DNA from: a virus | IMG/VR virus record: IMGVR_UViG_3300034417_000033 | Span: 32,001-96,000 of that record | Reading direction: 5' to 3' (one strand) | Length of the DNA: 64,000 nt | Part shown: positions 8,987 to 18,961 of the stretch, one piece after another | How the letters are laid out: every line of letters begins with the position of its first letter | Numbering within the stretch: position 1 is the stretch's first letter | The notes under the pieces: generated by a model | Database searches by the model: none | What the model saw: the letters and a program-made list of their open reading frames with translations, nothing else | What the model was told of the DNA's origin: nothing | Made by a program: the position numbers and the translations under genes

Positions 8987-9811
8987 TTATACCCTTATTA
9001 AAAGTTCAGAGTTCCAACCTGGGTTAAGTTCGTTCGGTTGATATCCACGTGGGTTGCAAATTACCCGTGTGTTTCCAATCATGTAATCGGAGCTATCGTG
9101 CATATGACCATGGAACCAAAAGTCTGGCTCATACTTTAGAACCAGTTCATCCAAGTTGCTGTAATATGCTGAGTTATATTGATCACCATGAAACTTAGTG
9201 TGAACGGATTTAAAAGATGGGGCGTGATGTGTTATTACCACTGCCTTTTCATCCTTCTTCAGTTTCACTTCTATTAACTGAGATTCAATAAACGCAACTG
9301 CATCCAAGTGCCTAACATACGCATCGCCCGGAAGAAATTTACGCAAGTATGGTTCAGACATAGTTCCGGTGCGGATCGTTTTGTGATCATACACACCCAT
9401 CTGTGCAGTAATCATATCACTATGATTAGCGTTGTTGTAATTCGTCCACATTGTAGAGCCAATAAATGTTACATCATCTATTTTAACAGAATCGTTCTGC
9501 AGGAAAAATACGCCAGTGTGCTGCGCCAATTCCCGAAACTTTCCGTATGCTGTAGTAATGCTTGCGCCATACAGTTCGTGATTTCCCGGAACATATATTA
9601 CCGCTTTAAATCTAGGGCACACTTCTTCCAAAAACGGAATAATTGTGTATGGCCTGTCTATCACGCCAATGTCGCCAGCTAGAATTAACACAGTCTCGTG
9701 ATCGAACGGAAGTTTCGGAAGAGAGAAGTAGTAATCAGGCAGAGCCCGTACCCCGTTCTTATACCGTTCAAATTCAAGATGTATGTCGCTTGCTTCGCGA
9801 ACTAAAAGCAT
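8987..9811 (-). CDS. Calcineurin-like metallophosphoesterase
   Basis: SDIHLE, LAGDI, GNHE, THH, HGHMH. Confidence 0.93.
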   Translation of the reverse strand: MLLVREASDIHLEFERYKNGVRALPDYYFSLPKLPFDHETVLILAGDIGVIDRPYTIIPFLEEVCPRFKAVIYVPGNHELYGASITTAYGKFRELAQHTGVFFLQNDSVKIDDVTFIGSTMWTNYNNANHSDMITAQMGVYDHKTIRTGTMSEPYLRKFLPGDAYVRHLDAVAFIESQLIEVKLKKDEKAVVITHHAPSFKSVHTKFHGDQYNSAYYSNLDELVLKYEPDFWFHGHMHDSSDYMIGNTRVICNPRGYQPNELNPGWNSELLIRV

Positions 9812-9837
9812 GATAATAAACTCTGTTGTGTTTTGCT

Positions 9838-9865
9838 ATTATAACAAAAACAACGTAAATGTCAA
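9838..9865 (-). promoter_or_regulatory. sigma70 promoter TTGACA-16-TATAAT
   Basis: Consensus hexamers. Confidence 0.75.
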
Positions 9866-9866
9866 G

Positions 9867-10178
9867 TTATTTTTTAACTGGAACTGTAATGTTAACTTGG
9901 GAAACTGGAGCGGCGATTCTAATCTGGGCAACTAGTGGTTTCATTTCTCTCCACCTTTTAGAATTTACTACGTCAGCACTGTTTTGCTTCCGAATGTCAC
10001 CAAATTTGTACCACGGTGTTTCTATCCACTCTCCTCTTTCTTCATCCCAGACGCCGCCAATCGCATTACTTGGCAATTTAGGTTTAGGGAATTTGCCAGC
10101 TAGGCGTAAAGCACAGTCGTACTGGTCTCTAAGATACGCTCGGCGTCCAACCGTAGCTCGCCATAATTTCTGCAACAC
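9867..10178 (-). CDS. Hypothetical protein (start uncertain, probably GTG 10178)
   Basis: Fills the gap and stops just before the promoter; overlaps the upstream gene. Confidence 0.45.
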   Translation of the reverse strand: MLQKLWRATVGRRAYLRDQYDCALRLAGKFPKPKLPSNAIGGVWDEERGEWIETPWYKFGDIRKQNSADVVNSKRWREMKPLVAQIRIAAPVSQVNITVPVKK

Positions 10179-10533
10179 GTCTATTAACAATCCCCTCAGT
10201 CGTCGAGCAGTACCAATCCATGTAACTTTCATTTTTACCATGATGCTTATTCCTAATAGTTGCAATTAAACCAGAAGCATACCGAAAAGATCCAGACCAG
10301 GTGTAAATATTTCCCCTCAGTGCATCCATTAGATTGTCTTCTGTTACATCTAATTTCTTATACCAGGTAGTGTTCGTTAGGGCAGAGTATAGCATCTTTG
10401 CGCCGTACTCTCTTTTAACAAGATTTGTAATTTCAGGAGATTCAAGCAAAATAGTTTCAAACTCTGCCCTATAACGATCGCTTTCTTCTTGTTGTCTTAT
10501 ATAATTAATCTTTTCATGTTCGTTTATGTCCAT
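10129..10533 (-). CDS. Hypothetical protein
   Basis: Packed ORF. Confidence 0.75.
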   Translation of the reverse strand: MDINEHEKINYIRQQEESDRYRAEFETILLESPEITNLVKREYGAKMLYSALTNTTWYKKLDVTEDNLMDALRGNIYTWSGSFRYASGLIATIRNKHHGKNESYMDWYCSTTEGIVNRRVAEIMASYGWTPSVS

Positions 10534-11300
10534 AGCTGACCCCTGATTGTTGCCAATCTCAAAAACATTTCTTCCTGTTCTTTTTCAAACAATTCTCGCT
10601 TCGCGTTGAATTCGTCCATTGCTAACGCATATGCTGCATATTCAGGTGTCTTTCTGTACGATGGATTAAATTGTTTTCTAAAATCAATGTCTGGCACAGA
10701 ATCATAACTTGGCTCTAAGGATTCTTTATTTTTCCACCACTTGTACAAACACAGAACTTCTCTTGCTAACACTGCCTGCTCAGGGTAATAACATGCTGGA
10801 TCCAAGTCCAGCGATGCTTCCCACTCTAAATACTTAATTCCCTGTTCAGGATATCTCTGTTTCCCAAACTTTCTAGAAAACCAACCAGGGTACATTTCGT
10901 CGGGGCCAGTTGACAGTTGGCGCCAACCTTTACTTATTTCTACAAAGTCAACTAGGATAGAAAACATTGCGTTAAGCATCACAACTGGCGGCTCATAATA
11001 CCCAGGCTTTAGCTGTATGTCGACTAAGTGATATCGATGTCTAGGAATGATGCGATACATAAGCCAACGGGCCATTTTTTCACTTCTGATAGACACTGGT
11101 AGAAAAATACGCTTCCTTAAAGTCTTTGTTAAAAAATACCTAAAAGGAGCTTCAGCTCGAAATCGTGCATCAAATTTTTCCCAGCCTTCCATTGTGGTTG
11201 TGACAGGATTAAATTTTAGCCATTGTATAAAATCTTCAGTAAATAACATTATGTCTCCGTATAGAACTAAGACTATAGCATCAGTATACTTAAATGTCAA
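10524..11300 (-). CDS. Hypothetical phage protein
   Basis: 258 aa ORF ending RLATIRGQLWT. Confidence 0.8.
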   Translation of the reverse strand: MTFKYTDAIVLVLYGDIMLFTEDFIQWLKFNPVTTTMEGWEKFDARFRAEAPFRYFLTKTLRKRIFLPVSIRSEKMARWLMYRIIPRHRYHLVDIQLKPGYYEPPVVMLNAMFSILVDFVEISKGWRQLSTGPDEMYPGWFSRKFGKQRYPEQGIKYLEWEASLDLDPACYYPEQAVLAREVLCLYKWWKNKESLEPSYDSVPDIDFRKQFNPSYRKTPEYAAYALAMDEFNAKRELFEKEQEEMFLRLATIRGQLWT

Positions 11301-12403
11301 GCCATGCGTATTAAGCCGGGCCTGTAAGAATTAGGGGCAATTTGAGTTAAGACCATATGTCTGTGCCCTGATTTGTTGGACGATATGTGGAACCACGGAT
11401 TTCTTCCGCCGTATTCCAATATCATTTGATCGCAGTTGATGTCAGCTTTTATTTCCTGTGCTCTGTCCCAAATTTGTTGGGCATTAAATCCGGGGAATTG
11501 TATATCGCTTGCTTGTCCCTTGTTGTGCTGACTAGATCCAGATTTTTGGCGATAGCACGAAGTGATTAAAAAGTTTCCGTATTTTGCTCTTACTGCCTCT
11601 AATACAACATTTGCATGATAACATAAATTACTAAGCAATTGCTTTTGCGTTAGTCCTACGATTGCAACAGTGTCACCAAACTCGTATGTACTAACTGCGG
11701 TTTTTATTGTTAGGTCAGCTAAGGTATAATTTGTAGATAACTGAAACGAATTTGCAAATTGTGAAAAACTTGCGTATGGTTGCCCAGTACCTGGGTTAAC
11801 TGCTGCTTGCCACGTAAAGTTATCTGGCAAGGCGTCAACGTCTGCGCAAGTGTGTGGCGGAGCAGGCGGTTGTTCTGGAGGTGCATCATCTTTCTCTATG
11901 GGCTCAGGAACTTCTACACTGCCAGGTGGAGTAACTGGAGGATCAGATGGATCTTCTGCGCTAGTCTCTTCATCGTCGTGCATTGTAGTGTGGTATTCAA
12001 ACTCAGTAGTCTGCATTGTTGCGCCAGGTGGAGGAATAACTAAAGGTGTGCTACTAACAGGACTAACAAATGCAGAATATTTGGGCGTGTTGTCTACCAT
12101 GTAAGATGTACCGCCTCCGCTGTTCACAAAAACATTTGGCGAGCCTGCCAAAGCAAACGAGCCATCTGTTTCTGGACAACTAGTGTAACTAGCACCTAAG
12201 TAATTAACAAACACATTACTAGAACCTTTCTGTAAGGTACTATCGTGACAACTTTGTCCCTTACAGTGTGTGGGCCATAAATCTGTTTCTCGATGTACGC
12301 CAATGTTATTTGCAAAGACGTTCGAGCTGGCTTGCACGTTTCCACGAGCTGGCCAACCGTCATGTTCTGTATCTACATCGCCGAGTCGAGTAATTTTTGG
12401 CAA
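11297..12403 (-). CDS. PAAR (gp5.4-like) spike-tip domain fused to an M15 Zn-peptidase
   Basis: RLGD..H, SSNVF repeats, HC..CH; Pro-rich linker; SCYR..SQH..GQASDI..WFHIS. Confidence 0.85.
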   Translation of the reverse strand: MPKITRLGDVDTEHDGWPARGNVQASSNVFANNIGVHRETDLWPTHCKGQSCHDSTLQKGSSNVFVNYLGASYTSCPETDGSFALAGSPNVFVNSGGGTSYMVDNTPKYSAFVSPVSSTPLVIPPPGATMQTTEFEYHTTMHDDEETSAEDPSDPPVTPPGSVEVPEPIEKDDAPPEQPPAPPHTCADVDALPDNFTWQAAVNPGTGQPYASFSQFANSFQLSTNYTLADLTIKTAVSTYEFGDTVAIVGLTQKQLLSNLCYHANVVLEAVRAKYGNFLITSCYRQKSGSSQHNKGQASDIQFPGFNAQQIWDRAQEIKADINCDQMILEYGGRNPWFHISSNKSGHRHMVLTQIAPNSYRPGLIRMA

Positions 12404-12721
12404 TTAAGTGATAATTCCTGGTTTAGTAACAAGTACAATTTTAGAAATGCTGCGCTCGTAATCAGCTTGCAATTCTTTTGGCAGCAAGAAGTATGTAACA
12501 ATGCTTGATCTACTAATAGGTAAATCTGCTTCGCCAGCACTAAACAATGGCCAGTGGCCTAATTGTATTCCTGCTTCACCTTGCATTAAAGTCTTAGGGC
12601 TTTGTAAAATTAAGTCTGTTCTATCAACAGAAACAATCTTTGCAAAAATTTCATCGCCAGTAAATAACTTGAATCCGAAAATTTTGCCTTCTTCTAACAT
12701 CATATTTTTATCTTGCAGCAT
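12404..12721 (-). CDS. Conserved phage protein (possible Sm-like fold)
   Basis: FKLFTGDEIFAKI start, Y....SKIV end. Confidence 0.65.
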   Translation of the reverse strand: MLQDKNMMLEEGKIFGFKLFTGDEIFAKIVSVDRTDLILQSPKTLMQGEAGIQLGHWPLFSAGEADLPISRSSIVTYFLLPKELQADYERSISKIVLVTKPGIIT

Positions 12722-12945
12722 TACATATTTACCTTTTTAACAAGTTCGGGATATCCACCAACGTATTCATCATTTATAAAAATTTGTGGAACTGATCGAA
12801 CTGGAACTGGACAAATATCCATTAACTGCTCTCTTGTAAGATCAACCCCTACTTTTTTATATTGAAAGGAGACACCTTTCATTTCACATAATTTTTTTGC
12901 TTGTTCGCAAAACGTACAATTATCTTTACCATAAATTACTACCAT
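12721..12945 (-). CDS. Glutaredoxin (NrdC/NrdH-like)
   Basis: CTFC, RSVPQIF, YVGGY; in the nrd cluster. Confidence 0.93.
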   Translation of the reverse strand: MVVIYGKDNCTFCEQAKKLCEMKGVSFQYKKVGVDLTREQLMDICPVPVRSVPQIFINDEYVGGYPELVKKVNM

Positions 12946-12956
12946 TAATTTTCTCC

Positions 12957-13175
12957 TTATACATTTCTAAATTTTACGGGTGTTACGTGGCACATTTTTA
13001 TCTGACCAGCTTCAAACATTGCTTGCGATGCTGTCATTTCAGCATCAGAAACACAAAACTGCCAAGTGTTAGATACTGGTTGATGCACAAATGTTAAACA
13101 TAAAACTTGCCCATCAGATAAAGGCAACAATATTTGTTTTGACGGTTTAATATTCCCACGGTTATGTTCTTCCAT
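12957..13175 (-). CDS. Hypothetical protein
   Basis: GAGG RBS; packed. Confidence 0.6.
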   Translation of the reverse strand: MEEHNRGNIKPSKQILLPLSDGQVLCLTFVHQPVSNTWQFCVSDAEMTASQAMFEAGQIKMCHVTPVKFRNV

Positions 13176-13184
13176 ACTACCTCC

Positions 13185-14285
13185 TCAGAGATCAGGTAAT
13201 TCATCAGAGTCGATGTCCCCTGACATAACTCCTATTACATAGTTTGTAGATTCACTTTCTTGTAACGCGGTTTGTTTTTTATTAATATTTAAATGTCTGT
13301 TAAACCAAGGGATAGGCGATGTTTTGGGATGATCATTTAAATACTTGATGCCAATGTCTTTTAGTTTTGTAAACGCAGTCCAATCGACAAAGTCACGCAA
13401 AATGTTTTCATTCAATCCAATCACAACACCTTTTTGGAACAAATAGTTTGCCCAAGATTTTTCTTCTTCAATTACAGACAAGTACATTTGGTATACTTCT
13501 TCCGCACACTCTTTTTCTAAGTTAGCAAAGTCAGCATCGTCTTTAGTAACGTTATTTATAAGCCAAGCAGTCCATTCAGTGTGTAATAGCTCATCTTGTA
13601 AGATCAAACTAATGATATTACCGTTACCAATAAAGATTTTGTTTTCTACCATAGCAAGGCTTGTCGCAAACGAAACCATAAAACGCAATGCTTCAAGAGC
13701 ATAGCTTGCATGTAATGCTAACCAAATTGCTTTCTTATGTTCGTATGTATCTACAGCAATACCTACTTCTACTTTACAGTTAAGCAAATGCAAAGCATCG
13801 TAATACTCACCGATGTTTGCTGCCATCGACACAATTTCTTGTGTGTCGTGGATAGAATCAAACACATCTTTTGGCACGCCATAAATATTTCTAATAATGT
13901 GACTGTACGACTTAGAGTGAATGTTGCTTTCAAACATTGACCAGATAGAAACAAGTGATTCTAATTCTGGAACTGAACAAACAGGTGTAAATATTTGTGA
14001 TGGTGCTTTACCTTGCACAGAATCCAATGCTGTTTGTCTTAACAAGTTAGCAGTGAACATGTGCTTGATTGCGTCTGATGCTTCTTTAAAATCAATTTTA
14101 TCTTTTGTTAAACTAACTTCTTCTGGAACCCAAAAGAAGCCACGTTGCATTTCTTCAAACCTTGCAAGTTTAGGATAACGATATTCTTCGAAACGCTGAA
14201 CCGTTACCGGTCCGGCTGGATCTAGAAACATTTTCCTATTCAAGTAGTTTGTTGGTGTAGCTAAATTATATTGGTACTTACTCAT
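13185..14285 (-). CDS. nrdB: Ribonucleotide reductase class Ia beta subunit
   Basis: FFWVPEEV, DSVQ, ESNIHSKSY, EALRF, DELLH; ATG 14285 overlaps the nrdA stop. Confidence 0.97.
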   Translation of the reverse strand: MSKYQYNLATPTNYLNRKMFLDPAGPVTVQRFEEYRYPKLARFEEMQRGFFWVPEEVSLTKDKIDFKEASDAIKHMFTANLLRQTALDSVQGKAPSQIFTPVCSVPELESLVSIWSMFESNIHSKSYSHIIRNIYGVPKDVFDSIHDTQEIVSMAANIGEYYDALHLLNCKVEVGIAVDTYEHKKAIWLALHASYALEALRFMVSFATSLAMVENKIFIGNGNIISLILQDELLHTEWTAWLINNVTKDDADFANLEKECAEEVYQMYLSVIEEEKSWANYLFQKGVVIGLNENILRDFVDWTAFTKLKDIGIKYLNDHPKTSPIPWFNRHLNINKKQTALQESESTNYVIGVMSGDIDSDELPDL

Positions 14286-16588
14286 AAAACACACGCCTCA
14301 CATTGTTCTTCATCTTCAAATTGTTCTAACACTGTGCTTACTACTGCATCAGCTTCTTTTGCCCCTGACTTGTTAATTAAAGAATAGTACATTGTCTTTA
14401 ATCCCCACTTGTGTGCCAACATCAAGTTCTTAGCAATAAGTGTTGCTGGAACTTTTCTTTCTGGGAAGAAAGCAGGGTTGTAAAATGTATTAGTGCTCAA
14501 GCTCTGATCTACATACGCTGCAATTACTGCTGCTGTTTTTAAATAACTAGAGCAGTCCATTTGTTCCCACATAAGTTGATAACGGTTTTTCAAACGTCTA
14601 TACTCTGGAACAACTTGTACAAAACTACCTGCTTTAGATTCTTTAACGGAAATCAATTCCATTGGCATCTCAATTCCGTTTGTAGAATTTAATACCACTG
14701 ACGAACTTTCAACTGGAGCAACAGCCATCAATGTTGCATTACGGATACCATACGTTAACAACATTTTACGCAAGGGTTCCCAATCCATCGACGGTGTAAA
14801 GTCAGCAAGTTCATTAACACCTTTGGATCTACGTTCCCATGGGAACACACCTTTGCCATAATACGTGTCTGCGCTGTTTTTACATGCGCCACGTTCTTTA
14901 GCAAGTTCGACACTCATTTCTGTTAAGTAGTATGCTTGGTGTTCCATCCATTTCTTAACTTCTGCCAAACTGTCTTTTTCGCCATATTTAAAATTACGAC
15001 GTGCATGCCAGTATGCAAGGTTTGTGATACCGATGCCAAGCGGCTCAAATTCCAAATTAGCCAATTGGCTTTGCACTGACAAGAAGTCCTGATAGCTAAG
15101 TAAGTTACTCAGGCTACGCACAAGGATACGACATGCTTTACGCATTTCTGCTGGATTACGGAACGAACCCCAGTTAATAGAACCAAGTGTACACAGTGCA
15201 ATTCTTCCTTTAATATCTTCAATACGTTGGAAGGGAATTGTTGGCAACAGGATTTCTTGGCACAGGTTAGATTGATAAATTGGGTTAACCATTGTATCAA
15301 ACGGTCCTTGATTAATAACGTTATCTACGTTAACAAGATAAATTCTGCCTGTGTCAGTTCGTTCTTTAAGAATTCCTTGTTTGAAGATTTCTTCTGCAGG
15401 AATAACTTTTTTCTTAATGCCTTTCTTGTGTTCGTACTCTTCATACAATTTGTCAAACTGTTCTGTGTTGCGATAGAACGCTTCGTACAAATCTGGAACT
15501 TCGCTTGGATCAAACAAAGTGATGTTTTCTTTGTTTTTAAATCTGCGCCAAAAGAACGCGCTAAGTACAACAGAATAATCCATTTGTCTTACACGAGTTT
15601 CTTCTGTACCCTGGTTGTTCTTTAAAACAATCAAGTCTTCAAACTGTAAGTGCCAAATAGGGAACGTAACTGTACAGCTTGCGTTACGAATACCGCCTTG
15701 CGAGCACGAACGTAAATCACCAAACCATTTCTTTAAGAACGGAATGAGACCTGTGTGTTTAATTTCGCCATTTCTAATAGGAGATCCAACTGGACGAATG
15801 CGACCAATCTCAAGACCAATACCAGCACGTTTAGAAGCATACTTAGCCATCATCTCGCCAGAAGCAAAGATGGAATCAAGTGTGTCATCAGACGAAATTA
15901 ATACGCAAGACGAAAACTGCTTAGTTGTTGTTCCAAGGCCTGCCAATACTGGTGTTGCAAGTGTAAACTGGCCTGCGCTTGCGCATTCATAATACTCTTT
16001 TACTAATTTTAATCTCAGGTCTTTAGATTCATTGTGAAACGCTGTTGCTGCCGCTAGTGCATAACGAACTTGTGGCGTTTCATAAATTTGACCAGTTGCT
16101 CTATTTTGCACAAGATATTTTTCTGCAAACTGTGCAATAGCAGCGTATGTGTAATCTTCATCTTTAGAGTGATCAATAAAGAGATCAATTATTCCCCATT
16201 CGTCTTCTGTGTACCAATCTAACAATTCTGATGTATATACACCAGCAGCCACATTCGTGTTTACAATGTCAAATAGTTTTGGGGGCGTGTACGTCCCATA
16301 CACTTCTTTTCTGAGCATAGACACTTTTTGTCTGCCAGCCACATACTGGTAGTTAGTGTTGTTTATTTCTGGATTTTCTGTCTCGTCAATCAAATCAACC
16401 ATCGCCTTTAACAAAAGCTCATCGATAGTTTTTGTGCTCATCCCTGTATGGATTTCGATTTGTGATTTAATTTCAATCATTGAAGGACTTACACCTTCAA
16501 TACCTCGACAAGCGTTTGCTACTTGACGTTGTATTTTAGAAATATCGAGAGGTACCCGTTCACCGTTTCTTTTAACGACTGTAATCAT
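14282..16588 (-). CDS. nrdA: Ribonucleotide reductase class Ia alpha subunit
   Basis: ATP cone VVKRNG, ATP..., FSSCV, SNLCQEI, ALCTL, LKTMYY, C-terminal CEAC. Confidence 0.98.
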   Translation of the reverse strand: MITVVKRNGERVPLDISKIQRQVANACRGIEGVSPSMIEIKSQIEIHTGMSTKTIDELLLKAMVDLIDETENPEINNTNYQYVAGRQKVSMLRKEVYGTYTPPKLFDIVNTNVAAGVYTSELLDWYTEDEWGIIDLFIDHSKDEDYTYAAIAQFAEKYLVQNRATGQIYETPQVRYALAAATAFHNESKDLRLKLVKEYYECASAGQFTLATPVLAGLGTTTKQFSSCVLISSDDTLDSIFASGEMMAKYASKRAGIGLEIGRIRPVGSPIRNGEIKHTGLIPFLKKWFGDLRSCSQGGIRNASCTVTFPIWHLQFEDLIVLKNNQGTEETRVRQMDYSVVLSAFFWRRFKNKENITLFDPSEVPDLYEAFYRNTEQFDKLYEEYEHKKGIKKKVIPAEEIFKQGILKERTDTGRIYLVNVDNVINQGPFDTMVNPIYQSNLCQEILLPTIPFQRIEDIKGRIALCTLGSINWGSFRNPAEMRKACRILVRSLSNLLSYQDFLSVQSQLANLEFEPLGIGITNLAYWHARRNFKYGEKDSLAEVKKWMEHQAYYLTEMSVELAKERGACKNSADTYYGKGVFPWERRSKGVNELADFTPSMDWEPLRKMLLTYGIRNATLMAVAPVESSSVVLNSTNGIEMPMELISVKESKAGSFVQVVPEYRRLKNRYQLMWEQMDCSSYLKTAAVIAAYVDQSLSTNTFYNPAFFPERKVPATLIAKNLMLAHKWGLKTMYYSLINKSGAKEADAVVSTVLEQFEDEEQCEACVL

Positions 16589-16616
16589 GTATTGTTTACC
16601 TTATTATTATTATATG

Positions 16617-17066
16617 TTAGACTATTTTGGTAACTTCTTTTGTAAAAATTTCCACAGTCTTAATATCTTTTTTGATTTTTTCTAAAGTGGCGATGTCGCC
16701 ATGATAGTAATTGATAACGTATTTATTATCAAAAACTACAACCAGATAGCGATCCTGGTTATCATCTATCAAGTGAAGATGCAGCTTTTCTCTCTCCACA
16801 TCTGCTAAAATTACATACAGTGTATGGAAGATTAGTAGTGCCGCAGTGTTCTTACAGAACAAACTATCTATTAAAATTTCCCAAGGCGTAGGCCAAGTTT
16901 GCGGAGTATAAAAATCTATAGACCTTGCCCCCATCGGGAAAGATCTAAAGAAATTTGCGGTTTGTTGTAATTGGTCTATCTGTGGGAGATTAGAAAGTTC
17001 TTTTCTTAGGTCTCTCCATAATACTATTCTTTTATCTACAGGAGTATTATTCCAATCAATTATCAT
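16617..17066 (-). CDS. Conserved hypothetical protein
   Basis: WPTPWEI motif; packed. Confidence 0.75.
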   Translation of the reverse strand: MIIDWNNTPVDKRIVLWRDLRKELSNLPQIDQLQQTANFFRSFPMGARSIDFYTPQTWPTPWEILIDSLFCKNTAALLIFHTLYVILADVEREKLHLHLIDDNQDRYLVVVFDNKYVINYYHGDIATLEKIKKDIKTVEIFTKEVTKIV

Positions 17067-18924
17067 CGAAACTTTTCCATCTGCGAGCGATGACTTTCAT
17101 AATTACAGGAGCGCCAAACTGATGTCTGTACATTACTGATACTACTTTAGTCACAGCATCGTATGAAGTTGAAAATTCAACATCAGGAGCAGTTGGACTA
17201 TCTGTGTTTAACACAGTGTTGTTTCTAATTTCAACTGACTGATCCGACAACGTAGACTCTGACCCAACAATTAACGGGTTACAAACAACAGTCAACTTTC
17301 CAGCTTGTTGGAAATCTGGGCCGGAGTGCAAGCTGTATTCCATAAACTGTATGTCCGAAACAATTATTGAATATTCTAATGGTAAAGAACTAGAGTCTGA
17401 CTGTGCAGGATTTTGAACTTTTGTAAATATTGCCGATGCTGGCAGTTCATAAGTATACACTGCGTCATACAGTGTGTCTGGAGATACACCAGCAGTTGTT
17501 AATTCAGTAATAATCTCTACGTTTTGCTTTGTTGTAACATACCCTTTGTCGTAATTACTCAAGGAGTTAATTAATGCAGCAACGTTGGACGATTGTCTAG
17601 GTGTTGTTAAGAATAAAAACCCATTAATCATTTTGTTTCCGAACGGATTCAAATTGAAGTTATCTGGATTCCCTAAAGTTCCAGAACCAAAACTGTCAAG
17701 TTTAGGGTTTGTTATAGTATCAGCGCCTGACAATGCCGCTGTGTTCATATAGTTAATAAGGAATTCAAGTCTACCATCTATTGCAGCAGAAGTGTCATCC
17801 GGGCCAGACAGCGATGTGTTACTTTCAGGATATTGTGATCCGCCAACACTGTCGCCCAAACCAACATCATATATAAAAGAATACAACGAGTTCGATAGTG
17901 GTGCTTGTATTACAACTGTTGCAGTTGTATACCCAGACCCAGTGTTTACAGGTGTAAATCCAGTTACAAACCCAGTGTTTAAATCTACTATCGCAGTAAA
18001 TTTTGCGTTGATGCCGTTGCCCACAATAGTAACTTCTGGAGAGCCGCCATAATATGCGCCTGGCGTCAATAGTGTTATGGATTGAATTGATCCAGAAACA
18101 ATGTTAGCCGTTGCAGTTGCAGTTATAGCAGACTGGGTTGGAGCAGTCAACTCCACCACAGTATTAATGTCGTATCCAGTACCAGGATTATTGATTGTGA
18201 ATCCAATTACGCGACCTTCACCATCAGATGAAATAATTGCTGTTGCAGATGCACCTGACCCTGGAATTGGGCCGCCGCCATAGTTAGAAATAGTAACGCT
18301 AGGAGGAACAAGATATCCCAACCCAGCGTTGTCAATAATAAACCCTGTAATAGCGCCGGCCGTTACAACTGGAGTTACCTCTGCTTGTGTTTCAACAGTT
18401 TCTGTCCAATCGTATGTTATTAGCGTGCCTGGTCTAAAATCTTCGTAGGCTGAAGTTCCGTGACGAGCGCCATACTCAACAGATGCTAACACTACGTCGT
18501 TTAAATCTCTAAGAATAGTAATGTTTTGCTCTAATGCTGTTACCACATCTCTATTCTGTGGGTCAACAAACACAGAAGATGGAATTAAACCTAATTGCTG
18601 AAGAAGATCAGATTCGTTTGCTTTGGTGTTCACGTCTTGAATAAGTTGCACTGCATTGTACAGACGTCTTTTCTTAGTAACGAACTGGAGTATTTTGTAG
18701 TTGATAATGCCCTGAACAATGTTCTGTCCATTAAGAACTTGTCCCTGGAATAATTCAATACCAGAGATTGCATCTTGTGCATCAAGACCGATGAAGAGTT
18801 GCTTAGTATCAAGACACCAGCCAAGTTCACCTGGCTCTAAAGGTTGTGGGAGATTTACTCTATTACCACGACGGTTTTGTATTCTTGCTACGACAATTTT
18901 ACTAGAAGAAAAATCAGTTGCCAT
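17056..18924 (-). CDS. Virion/tail-fibre-like structural protein
   Basis: RIQNRRG..LEPGELGW..DT..LFIG N-terminal module; four G-x-G-Y beta repeats. Confidence 0.75.
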   Translation of the reverse strand: MATDFSSSKIVVARIQNRRGNRVNLPQPLEPGELGWCLDTKQLFIGLDAQDAISGIELFQGQVLNGQNIVQGIINYKILQFVTKKRRLYNAVQLIQDVNTKANESDLLQQLGLIPSSVFVDPQNRDVVTALEQNITILRDLNDVVLASVEYGARHGTSAYEDFRPGTLITYDWTETVETQAEVTPVVTAGAITGFIIDNAGLGYLVPPSVTISNYGGGPIPGSGASATAIISSDGEGRVIGFTINNPGTGYDINTVVELTAPTQSAITATATANIVSGSIQSITLLTPGAYYGGSPEVTIVGNGINAKFTAIVDLNTGFVTGFTPVNTGSGYTTATVVIQAPLSNSLYSFIYDVGLGDSVGGSQYPESNTSLSGPDDTSAAIDGRLEFLINYMNTAALSGADTITNPKLDSFGSGTLGNPDNFNLNPFGNKMINGFLFLTTPRQSSNVAALINSLSNYDKGYVTTKQNVEIITELTTAGVSPDTLYDAVYTYELPASAIFTKVQNPAQSDSSSLPLEYSIIVSDIQFMEYSLHSGPDFQQAGKLTVVCNPLIVGSESTLSDQSVEIRNNTVLNTDSPTAPDVEFSTSYDAVTKVVSVMYRHQFGAPVIMKVIARRWKSFDDN

Positions 18925-18949
18925 TTAAATGTCCCTGTGTTGTATCTTA

Positions 18950-18957
18950 TATTTATG
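18950..18957 (-). promoter_or_regulatory. Late box variant CATAAATA
   Basis: Upstream of a structural gene. Confidence 0.55.
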
Positions 18958-18961
18958 ACTT

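Noticed and set aside
9867-10265. Programmed frameshift or readthrough joining ORF 10129 to ORF 9867
   Set aside because: TAG readthrough hits TAA within 15 codons and no slippery site is seen; an overlapping GTG or TTG start is simpler
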